From Phoronis australis (Eukaryota; Animalia; Phoronida), in NCBI GenBank assembly GCA_002633005.1, contig NMRA01000161.1, positions 538,959 through 602,958 on the forward strand: a DNA stretch of 64,000 nt. Direction: 5' to 3'. Positions 50,601 to 60,920 of this stretch are shown piece by piece. Made by a program: the position numbers and the translations under genes. The notes under the pieces were generated by a model that had not been told where the DNA came from, searched no databases, and was given only the letters and a program-made list of their open reading frames with translations. The stretch's first letter is position 1. The number at the start of each line of letters is the position of its first letter.

Positions 50601-53600
50601 TTACTTAATGACGAATGTCATAGTATCAATGAATTGATATCTGAACAGCCTAGAATGAATTTCCGGGCATTATAAATGCACCCTCTGTAAAAACTAACCT
50701 ATTATTACCGCCTACAGCCAACTTGCTGAGTCTGGTATCCAGCAATTAGAAACACCCAATACTTCCAAAGCCCATACAACACTTTACATCTGAGTCAGTA
50801 CAACAGGACACTTGGACATTCTCTGCAACCGGTACAACACGACACTCACTCATTCTCTGCAACCAGTACAACAGGACACTTGCTCATTCTCTGCAACCAC
50901 TACAATACGACACTTGCACATCCTCTGCAACCAGTACAACAGGACACTTGCTCATTCTCTGCAACCAGTACAACAGGGCACTTGCTCATCCTCTGCAACC
51001 AGTACAACAGGGCACTTGCACATTCTCTGCAACCAGNCAACAGGACACTTGCTCACTCTCTGCAACCAGTACAACAGGACACTTGCTCATTCTCTGCAAC
51101 CAGTACAATGGGACACTTGCACATCCTCTGCAACCAGTACAATAGGACACTTGCTCATTCTCTGCAACCAGTACAATAGGACACTTGCGCATTCTCTGCA
51201 ACATATGAATCTCGTGACATTTACTTTTACTCGCAATACTGCAAAATCCATCGAGCAGTTGTCTAACCTCATTTACGTGCCATTGGAAATTCTCACGTTA
51301 TTTATTGGTGCCCTGATTTTTTTCAATTTTTTCTCGACTGCATTAACTGTATTCGACTTTCTAATTCTAGCCAAGTTTTACTGCTGTGTTGTGGGCTGTA
51401 ACTCCAATGACAGAAAGTCAGATAAATTTGAGAAGTATCCATGGATGTGATATTTTCCAACACGATTCATCAAAAATCAGCTCAACATTTATGAGGCCAA
51501 TATAACAATGCATTTTCCTACCTCCAGGACAAAGGAGATTTCTACTTGGGACCATTCTGTTGGTTGAGATTGGTTTTATAATGCTGAAAAGTGGCCTAAA
51601 TCAATAATTATTTTTTTGCAGAAGGTGGGTTTACAGTAAAGCTTAAATTGATTTATGAACAATGCTGACTGAATGATGACCATAGTGCTGCAGTTGTCAG
51701 AAATGTGCCAAACATTATTGTCAATGAACTCCTGTCCATAAGACTAGCTTTTCTTATTAAATATATCCATATGTCTGCAACAACAAACTTTTCTTTTTAA
51801 AGATATCCATAAGTATACAATAACAAGTTTTCTTATCAAATATATCCATAAGCGTGCAATAACAAGTTTTTCTCATTAAAGACAACCATAGTTTGCAGTA
51901 ACAAGCAAAGATAACCATAATCGTGCAACAAGTTTTTCTTATTATAAGATATCCATAAGCGTGCAATAAACAAGTTTTTCGTATTATTAGAGATATCCAT
52001 AAGCGTGCAATAAACAAGTTTTTCTTATTAAAGATATCCATAAGCGTGCAATAACAAGTTTTTTTTATTAAACTCCCAACTCAAATCACTTCAATTTCTG
52101 CCTGACTGGCAAGGCTTTCTTAGTCTTTGATTCTTGGTTGAACAACATACAAAAAGCAGTTCAAAGGCTTCCAATTGAACAAAGTTTCAATGCGCTTTGA
52201 CTTACCATATCCCAAACGGTTATCATATATACTGAAACCAAACTTTAATAGTCCAGGCTTTAACTCATTCTCTACAAAGGTCTCATCATCTTCATTGCCT
52301 TCATTGAAAATGATCGCCACATCATGTTTCAAGTCATCTGAAAGATATTTTCACCCAATTATTCTCACATGACTTACCCTATTAGCACACTTCTAGAACC
52401 AGGCTATCCATCATGTTATCTAAGGTAGAGTCATGGACATGCCGAGGACCCCATCTTGGAGGGAAATGCGTTCCCCCTAAAAAACTTGATACTACATTAT
52501 TACACGGGGTTCTTTCTAGATCCACTTCTCAAAATTAAAAGAGGGCAGATTCATGCTAGATCGCGTAGGGTACTTGTGTGCTAGGTTATCAAAGAGATTG
52601 TCTCCTTATACTGGAAGTTTTAGGCAGACGGTCTCAGGATTTTTTGAAAATTCAGAGCTTGCTCAACACATATCAAAAATCTGTTGAAATAACTCATTAC
52701 AAGAATATGTGAAACCTACATAGTAACAGTAGGGTTCATTTAAACCATCTTTTGCCAATGTTCTTCGAACTGTAAAGTTGAGAACTTTTCTTTACTTCCC
52801 ATTGTCAAACCTATAGTACAAAAAAGTTATCAGACAAACACCATTCATGCTTTCACTTTCTACACAAGTTTTCTGAGTGATTCTGAACCTTTTATCTCTT
52901 CTACCATGCAGGAAAAATGAACAGATTTGATAGGTTAGGATGACAATGACACTACAGCATCATTAGAAAAGGGGGTGTTCAGTTATTATACCACTAGAGA
53001 CTTGGGACTAAGGGAGTGTTCAGTTATTACACCACTAGAAACTTGGGACTAAGGGGATGTTCAATTATTACACCACTAGAGACTTGGGACTAGGTAAGTG
53101 TTCAGTTATTACACAACTAGAGACTTGGGACCAAGGGAGTGTTCAGCTATTACACCACTGGAGACTTGGGACTAATGAACGATTTTTGCAACGGCATTGG
53201 ACACTTTTTTATTATAGTTAACCATATTTTTACAGACATGTTAAAGTGAAGAGAAAACGTTCATACCCACATTCATACGAAGGTGCACAATTGTGGTGGG
53301 GGTCATTTCAACTCAAAAATAACTGAACTGCATTAAAATATATTAAGTACCACAGTGCAGGGACACTTGACTGTACCCGAATCTTTGTTTGACTTGTTAA
53401 GTCCTATAACTTCCAGTGCTGCCCATACTTTTATAGAAAATAGAGTGAACAGAGCTTCAGTTTTATGGACACTCCATCAGGGTGTTTGTTTGAAGTGACT
53501 CTTTCACTTGAAATGAATATATCTATGTATCTCTGAGTCAAGAAGTGTTGAATTGAGAAGTGCTTTTGTTAGTCACAATGAATTTGAAAGGAACTTCGGC

Positions 53601-56600
53601 TATCAAAGTGGTATAGAACATGAACACTAAATTGCAATATTCAAATTGGTTCTCTACCACTAAAACAGAAGTCAATTTGTTCACCAGGTATTTTACAGAC
53701 AGTTTATTTTCAAAGATTTTGAGTTTCTGTTCATGTCAAAGAATTTTTCCTTTAGTTTCAAATTTCAAAAAACAATCTGTCAATTGCTTCTCATTTAATT
53801 GATTTTTCTTCCAAAAAGGAAAGCACGTCTCCTTATTTGGTATGGCAAGACATAGACATAGACTGAATAGTTCCCTAATGTATGAAAAATGTGACCTGTG
53901 GCCTTTAATGTATTTGTAAATAAAACATTACCAAAGGCAATTTCAAGCAGCAGCCAGTCCAAGTATATAATTAGTGGTGGAAAAATTGAAAACTGGGGTA
54001 AGGATGAGTTTGTATTTCGCATGTGTTTCAAAAATAGTGAATCTTAACAATTTTTTCTAGAAATTTTTGCAGTAATCAAAGTGAATGACTCTCACATACA
54101 CATCCCTAAGAAGTAGATTTGCCAAGATCTGTTTAAAATGTATTTTTACAAGATTTCGCATTCCACGCCTCTTTATCTCTGATTACTGCAGAACTGAAAA
54201 GAGGCTTTTTTACCAAACAATTGTCAAAACCAAATTTACGAGGACAGAAAAGAGAGTGGGAATGTGGACAAGAGAATTCAAATTCAATAGTTGAAATTAA
54301 AAGAGGGCACCATAGTGTGTTATAACAGAGCGCAGCACCATGTTGTAACAGCCTCTGGAAAACCATTGGAAGGATCAAAGTAAAATCATGCTGACCACAA
54401 TAAAGCAATTTTCATTGATATTTTTATCGGTGACCATGACTTTAAGCAGGTGTATTGGACCATTTTTCGAGTGAAATTAAAACTTTCAGAAAAATATTGG
54501 AAATCCTAATAAAGTTTTTCAAGTGTCATAATGGCCTTTCAACACGAAGATTACAGATTACATGTCGAAAATTGGCAGCCCTGTAAATAGGTCATGTTGA
54601 AAGTGTGGCGTTAATCTAAATGATAATAAATCAAGTTTGAGGAGACAAGTGTTACAAACAATCAGTGAACACCACTGGATTGAATCTTATCGAGTGAAAA
54701 GGGATTCATTACAAAATGCATGCCTGACTTTAACACGGCAAATCCTTTAGAAGAAGAGAACTTTACCAGAAGGTGGCGCTGACTTCACGTGATACATCCA
54801 ATAAAGCTTGATGTCCAAGCGCCACTTGTAGTACAACACAATGCCCAGCACAATCAAAAAGATGGACACACCAAGTACGATACCAAGTAGCTTATATAAA
54901 TACTTGAGACCATTGGGATCAGATGGATCTGAAATGAAAGTAAATATGTCCGTTTCATGGATTTTTGTTGTTGCAATAAAATGGCATTTTAGTTGAACAT
55001 TCGGCACATTTAAATGTGACGGTCCATTACGCTAAGCCGTTACTTCTCTATTTATGCAATTTACTTGCACACCAAGTTGTTGCAATTTTGAAAGCATGGA
55101 TGGATAAACACCACTCGAGGTTTAGCCAGAATTGAAATGGATTCAAGAACAAAATAAAAGGATATTAAATGGCAGTTTTGTGCACAGAATCTTAGTTCAC
55201 CAATGCTGTACAGTGGACTTTGAAAACTACTATATAGCTGTGTGAATGTCTTGAATCATGCAAAACTTTTTATTTTAAACTTAATTAAAATAAGCTGAAA
55301 GTGAAACAAAAGTGCACACTATAACTAACTCATTGAATAGAAAACAGGAAACCAGGACTCGCAAGCAACTCTTATAGCACCTAACAATAATTAGGATAGA
55401 TACAGTGGCAACTAGATACCCGTTGAGTACACTTAAACAAGAGTCTCCAATTATCATACTCAGTTATTTTTGAATGACTTTTTAGAAAGGGTATCAAATC
55501 ACAGCCACGTTTTTGCAGACAATGACCTGTGTACTGGCAAAATATCTAATAGCATAAAACTTCATTCACAAAATTTCATACCAGAGGCTCCAAAATGGTA
55601 GATTAAAATTCCAGCACTTCCAAAGCATAGGTAGATTTAGGGGGGGGGGCCCTGCCCCCCCCACTTGGCTGCCGCAAGCAAAATGAAACAGCAACAGTGT
55701 GAGGAGGAAATATTGAGTTCAGCAACTAGGACCTGTAGCGGACGATGGGGGGGCTCAGTCCCCACTCCGCAGCAGAATCGTGTTCCGTTTTTTTTAGTCA
55801 ACCGTCCCTGACGAATTTTTGGAACAGGAGGTCCACATCCCTGGCCTCCACAACTTTCGGGCCGCGAGGCCGCCTGTGCACAAACCGTAGCGCTTTGCCC
55901 AATTACCCGCGGCAACATGTTGGGCCCCCCTTATAGTATCCTATATCCACCACTGCAAAGAATTAGTTGATATCTGATTACAAAAACTTTGAATAGATAT
56001 TCCAAGAGAATAATTTGATTTCAAAGTTTTTTAGTCAAGCTGAGAAATAGTGAAACAATCCTTTCAATTTCCTACCTCCTTTCACCAGAGAGGTTGTTGC
56101 ATTGTCCTGCCTTCTGGTATCATGTCGTGAGAATATTATGCATGTATAGTCCCTATAGTCACTTTGACGAATGTCCGTGATCTCCAACTTCGAGGTCAGT
56201 GTGAGCAACCCGTTTTCTACGCTAAAAAATGAGCACTAAAATTAATTAACAGCTGTATAAACCTGCAACAACAATGAATTATTCTGGGCAAACACAAAAT
56301 TCTCTTGCAGGCAAAGGATTATCATTAATTTCTATTCAAGTTCGATCATCACCACTGCATACTTCTATCAAGCACACGTACCTTTTAATAGGTTTTGTAA
56401 CTTTAAACCTTTTACCAAGATGATCTTTCACCAAATGGCTTTTGCTCCCATTATGATAAATCCATATGATGTGGTCAGCATTGACATCGCTATCACCATA
56501 TGTCCCACTGCACGACATATTGACATGTGTTCCAGGTAATCTCAGTATTCTTTTAGGTGGTGACTTTGAGATATGAAAGTTTCCATCACCGCATTCTTTA

Positions 56601-59600
56601 AAAGAGATGAACTATGATATAAACTTTCCAGTTTCATTGGCTATAAAAACGTGGTTAGCTTAATTGAAACAGACAGGACTATATAAGTGAATCTTTATCA
56701 TAGGGTTTTCCCACCAATTAAAATATAGTACTAGCAAAGCGGTGACATAAACTACGGAATTAACCTGAGCATTTCCATAAGGCTCGGCAGTTGACTAGGT
56801 GACAAACCGTTCTAGCAAAATCTTCCATTTGAAGATAACAATTTGACAAGTTTTGCCTGGAGGACACTACGTCACTTTTATTTTCAAGTACGTCTTTAAA
56901 GAGAAGTTCTCACACTTAATTGTTTTAAAAAACATTTAAGAATTCACGCAATAAGGAGTTCATTGTTACGTAATTTTAAATCTGTAGTTTGGCCTTTGTT
57001 ATAGTAACAACGTATGTCTACATGTCAACTTTCCCAACAAAATCGTGATTATGTCATCAATTTTTGATCGACAGTTTAATTTAAAACAAGATGTCAAGTT
57101 ATTGGAAAATACATTCTTCATTAGCGATTCCTTGGGAATCATCCCATTGTACCATGTCCTAGACATAACGAAAAATAGGTCACCTTATGATGGAATCCTC
57201 TTTAGCTCATTACATCACTTCAAGATACAACCATTAGGTAAAATTTTCAAAGTTATGAATGCATAAATTGACGATGGGCATAAAAGCAAGGGCATTTAAG
57301 ATTATGAAGGACCCATGTTCAATTTTGGCCAACTTTTGAACACTGTATCTCGCGGGAATTACTAATCGGATTCGTATGAAACTTTCAAATAGTGTGCTTT
57401 ATACACAGGTCTCTATAATGATTATTAGGAATTGGTTTTACAATGTTCCACTTTTCCATGAGGAGCTATCAAACAGTAGGACTTTCATGATATTTATAAA
57501 AAAACTAAAATTCCATGAAACGAACATCGTAACAACAACTTATTAGAAAACTGTAACCACGTGTTTGAGAATTATGATCTTGAAGATTTATATCCTACGG
57601 AATTTGGTCACATTATTAAACCTGTTGTTTTCATATGTTTGTTAAATTTTCCTAAAAAAGCAATGATACGTGACCCAATCAGTGACAGATAAAGTCTAAA
57701 ATTATGTTCTCTGAAATTTCTATTTTCAGAGTTAAATTATACAGTTTTGTAAATATTCAGTGAAATGTAGTCTTGTTGATATGGTCCAACATAACTTTAA
57801 AAATGAAAATTCTGATAAATGTGGGGTGTACATTTAGTTGATAAGTATAATAAAGTATCATCAAATATTAGTAAGCACAAACACTTAGCTAATAGAAAAT
57901 TTCAGCAACCTTGCTATGCTACGTAAACAGAACTCACAAAGCGCATTCTAATCTATCTCTGGTGCAGCATTTTTGCAACTAGGGCAACTTGTAACACAAT
58001 ACACATTATCTAAACAGGACACAAAGCAAGATGTAACAAACTTAAGCTAGAAAGTGGAAAAAAAGAAATTTCTGTTTCATTGTACTAAAAATTAAGTCGG
58101 CAACTGTGAGGCATTAATAGCTAATCCAGCAACTTAATCAACGAGCTTGTCCATGAGCAGGAAAATGTGGACACCCATTCTGGATGGAATGAAATGTGCA
58201 ACAAATATTGAAGATGTTCACTGGTAAGGCGATATTAAATACTTCTTAAGGAATGATTTTGAATTAAAGGCATATATACACGATTCATGGACAAACAAGT
58301 TGTTACCACTTGATTTTTTTACTTGAGACGAGTCCGAGTTATTTGGAGTGATCAACAAAAATTTGCAATTGCAGGCGCCATGTTTTCAAAGAGGCAGGAA
58401 AGTTAGTCATCGTTTCGGAGATATGGGGAATCAGTGTTACAGCTTACCTCACGTTAAAACTAGCCTGCTCTCCCTTATATATTTTCTGAAAGCAAAAAGC
58501 CTGCTGAATATGACTTTTTCAGCCAATGATTGGGTCACCTGACCATGTCTTTTTTAAAAAAAGCTTCTTATCACAGCAAAACAATGGCATCAAAACGTAT
58601 TACAAAAATCCATAATAGAATTTTAAAAATGCTTGTTACAATTTTCCAAGTAATCACTTTATTTTCATTCAACGGTATCCATTTCATAAAAAGTGTAAAG
58701 ACCCCTCCTGCAAAAGTAGGTCAGCATTTTGTCCAACAGTTCAGAAAGTATGAGCTATGTCAATGTTTCACTTGGCAAAAGCTACATCTTATTTCCCAAC
58801 TACTAACTAGCATTAAATCCTTCTTAAGTGTCGTACACACATAGACTTGAGAACACTGGAACAAGTTATTCATAGAGCGAGCTGCCACTATGTTTGGAGG
58901 CTGTGTGGACACTATTTGAACTAGTGCAACTTGCCCCACTTGTAACGTACTTCATCAGCTGTTCATTGTCATGCGCTGAGCGACTACTTCTGCTTTGCGT
59001 TAGTTATTGGATAAGTGGGGGTGGGTCCTCAGGCTAAAGTAGCAGGACAAGTCACACTAATGTAATTTGTTTTAATCTTTGTGTGGACAGGACTTCATTG
59101 GTCAGGATTATACAGGTACTGACCACAACGGGGATTGGGGAACAGAGATGGGAGTCAGTGATAACCGCTGCCTCTTGGCAGCAAACTCTTTCACCCATTT
59201 TAGATGCTGGACAATAAAAACTATATCTGCCATTGAAAATTTAACTTTTTCACTTCATGAACACAAGGTACTTAAACTACATGGTCAACAGACTCATAAA
59301 CACGGGCACGGAGGCATGAACACGACTCACAGACCTGCAAACACCGTCCACTGACTCACAAACACGGGAACAGACTCACAAAACACGATCCACGCACACA
59401 AATAAACGGGACATGGACTCACATTCACGAGGAAACATGGTTAACAGACCGCCAAACACGGGTCACGGACTCATCGGCTTCCTGGGTCAGCTGACATCTT
59501 CATTTTGTCCGTAAACCGTGTTTGGCGGTCTGTTAACCGTGTTTTCTCGTGAATATGAGTCGGTGTCCCGTGTATTTGGGTGTGTGGATCGTGTTTTGTG

Positions 59601-60920
59601 AGTCCGTTCCCGTGTTTGTGAATCAGTGGACGGTGTTTGCAGGTCCGTGAGCCGTGTTTATGAGTCCATGGACCGTGTAGTTTAGGTACCTTGGAACAGC
59701 GTTAACTACAAAAAAGTGCACAGCACCTACTGTTCCTTTGTTAACATGTCCCAACCTCTATTGTGTAACCTGCCTCAGAGAAATACAATGGGGTGACTTG
59801 ACTAATGTATACTACCACTCGTCAGTCATGTTCATACCCCCAAAGAATGCACTGAAATTTGAATTGTCGAGTGCATCGAGTCATATAAATCCAATCAACC
59901 ATTTCTGCAATATTATGTTCCGAAGTTAGCCAAATTTGGACATTTTCTTAAGGTCCTACATGTACTTTTAAGGATGAGGTGGATGTTTCAGCAAATGTTA
60001 GAGCACGAGGGTCCCTATGGAAAGCAGTGAGAACTGATTGGGCTACCCTCATCGTAAATATTACAATGACAGCTTATCAAGAAATCTGACCACAAACTAG
60101 CCTGGACTGTGGAGTAACCTATTTGCTAAGCTACCTTCAGATAAAGAAGCAATTTATCTCAAATACGATACGCCATCAACTGCAAACATTTTGGGAACAC
60201 TTTATGACCTCAGGTTTTGGAATTGTTATCAATTTCTTTGATTTCAACAGACTGTTAACATACTACAGGGACTATTAGAATCATATTTCAATAATAAACT
60301 AAACTTGTTCGATTCAGAACTCAATATAGCAGTCAGGATCAGTGAAAATACAGAAATTTCTCAACAAACCTTAAAAAAAAGGAAATTTAGTAAATCATCA
60401 TCATCATGGTCTGCAGATCAAACAACTGCCATAACTGACCTACACCAGCAGAGACGAGGTGAAAGTTTGAGCAGATTTTACAGTGTGAGAAGTGAGTATT
60501 TGAAAAGCAAGACGTCTGACACATAATTCAAAGAAAATTTACCATCAAGACCTACAATACTTATCAAACCTCTTGAAACTGCTAACATGCTGTCTGCCAA
60601 AGGAAACATCGGAATCCAAAAGAAACACTCACTGTGGAACCAGATATCAAAAGTGTTTGTAATGGTACGTCCGCGGAGATCTTCAGCTACACACTTGTAC
60701 AGTCCAGAACCGGCTTCAATGAAAGGATGAGGCAATGTCAGACATCTTTCAGCGTTACTCAGCCTAAACTCTGAGGAGATGTTCTTCCATGTACTGTTGC
60801 GATGAATACGCCAATGAACGGCGGTGAAACCATCCACATAGCATTGCAGGGTGGTGGATACACCCTCACATCCAAACCAGAGTGTGGAGTTGTTTTCACC
60901 GTTTGTGCGATGGACGGGAC
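47076..60920 (-). CDS. IL-1 receptor-like Ig-Ig-TM-TIR protein (multi-exon gene span; signal exon and possibly another Ig exon not found)
   Basis: Six phase-compatible exons give ~495 codons: two Ig domains, TM, IL1R-type juxtamembrane WRLDIKLYW, TIR with SRRFILIL, PWC and box 3 FWKELRLFLP. Confidence 0.88.
47753..49517. mobile_element. ~1.77-kb foldback DNA element with long degenerate inverted arms (Harbinger-like GGCCTTTCACACT terminus)
   Basis: 47753-47824 inverted to 49440-49517; 48185-48290 inverted to 49067-49185 (actccaaagctgatg...gttaaccacag). Confidence 0.75.
48667..48716. repeat. 11-bp tandem repeat (CATTCCAACAA) x4
   Basis: Direct reading. Confidence 0.9.
50363..50435 (+). mobile_element. 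tRNA-derived SINE head, preceded by three diverged ~57-bp tandem units (50212-50350)
   Basis: ggcagtgtgccaagtgac (A-box-like) ... gtcgtgGGTTCGAGTCCca (B-box). Confidence 0.6.
50796..51202. repeat. 34-bp minisatellite, ~12 copies (CAGTACAACAGGACACTTGCTCATTCTCTGCAAC)
   Basis: Direct reading; produces spurious repetitive ORFs in all frames. Confidence 0.95.
51370..51465 (+). mobile_element. Possible decayed THAP zinc-finger start (transposase relic)
   Basis: YCCVVGCNSNDRK...YPWM*YFP resembles THAP C-x3-C...FP. Confidence 0.35.
51745..52072. repeat. ~40-bp minisatellite, ~8 diverged copies (AGATATCCATAAGCGTGCAATAAACAAGTTTTTCTTATTA)
   Basis: Direct reading. Confidence 0.9.
52206..52337 (-). CDS. 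IL-1R-like exon: TIR N-part (DLKHDVAIIFNEGNEDDETFVENELKPGLLKFGFSIYDNRLGY)
   Basis: tttcag acceptor, g|gtaagt donor, 132 nt, phase 1-1; box 1 and FV...L.P.L helix. Confidence 0.9.
52975..53175. repeat. 41-bp minisatellite x5 (GTGTTCAGTTATTACACCACTAGAGACTTGGGACTAAGGGA)
   Basis: Direct reading. Confidence 0.95.
54767..54928 (-). CDS. IL-1R-like exon: TM and juxtamembrane (LLGIVLGVSIFLIVLGIVLYYKWRLDIKLYW)
   Basis: catttcag acceptor, g|gtaaag donor, 162 nt, phase 1-1. Confidence 0.92.
55626..55955. mobile_element. GC-rich MITE with 5-bp TSD CAAAG
   Basis: cataggtagatttagg / cctatatccaccactg termini; caaag at 55621-55625 and 55956-55960. Confidence 0.75.
56076..56221 (-). CDS. IL-1R-like exon: membrane-proximal Ig C-half (LTLTSKLEITDIRQSDYRDYTCII)
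   Basis: Absent from the ORF track; Ig L.I..V..ED-like...Y.C motif; phase 2-1. Confidence 0.9.
56382..56595 (-). CDS. IL-1R-like exon: membrane-proximal Ig N-half (PGTHVNMSCSG...IIWIYHNG)
   Basis: Ig G..V.I.C and core Trp; ag|gtacgt donor; phase 1-2. Confidence 0.9.
58264..58760. mobile_element. Old TTAA-flanked MITE-like repeat, related copy at ~61677-62100
   Basis: Both begin ttaa(a)gg and share gggtca-tgaccatgtcttttt. Confidence 0.4.
59264..59693. mobile_element. Foldback MITE with ~180-195-bp TIRs and 5-bp TSD GAACA
   Basis: caaggtacttaaactac...cagaccgccaaacacg versus cgtgtttggcggtctg...gtagtttaggtaccttg; gaaca at 59259-59263 and 59694-59698. Confidence 0.9.
60633..60920 (-). CDS. IL-1R-like exon: complete Ig domain (EGVSTTLQCYVDGFTAVHWRIH...LTLPHPFIEAGSGLYKCVAED)
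   Basis: ttttcacag acceptor, a|gtgagt donor, 288 nt, phase 1-1; C...W...SGLYKC Ig signature. Confidence 0.92.

Noticed and set aside
50812-51450. 212-aa ORF and overlapping repetitive ORFs
   Set aside because: Translation of a 34-bp minisatellite, not a multiple of 3, antisense within an intron
50796-53175. 34-, 40- and 41-bp periodic arrays as CRISPR arrays
   Set aside because: Units are head-to-tail with no unique spacers, there are no cas genes, and the context is a eukaryotic intron; these are minisatellites
59040-59900. Possible middle Ig exons of the receptor
   Set aside because: Candidate acceptors lead to stops or to peptides without Ig motifs, and the flanking exons already join in frame
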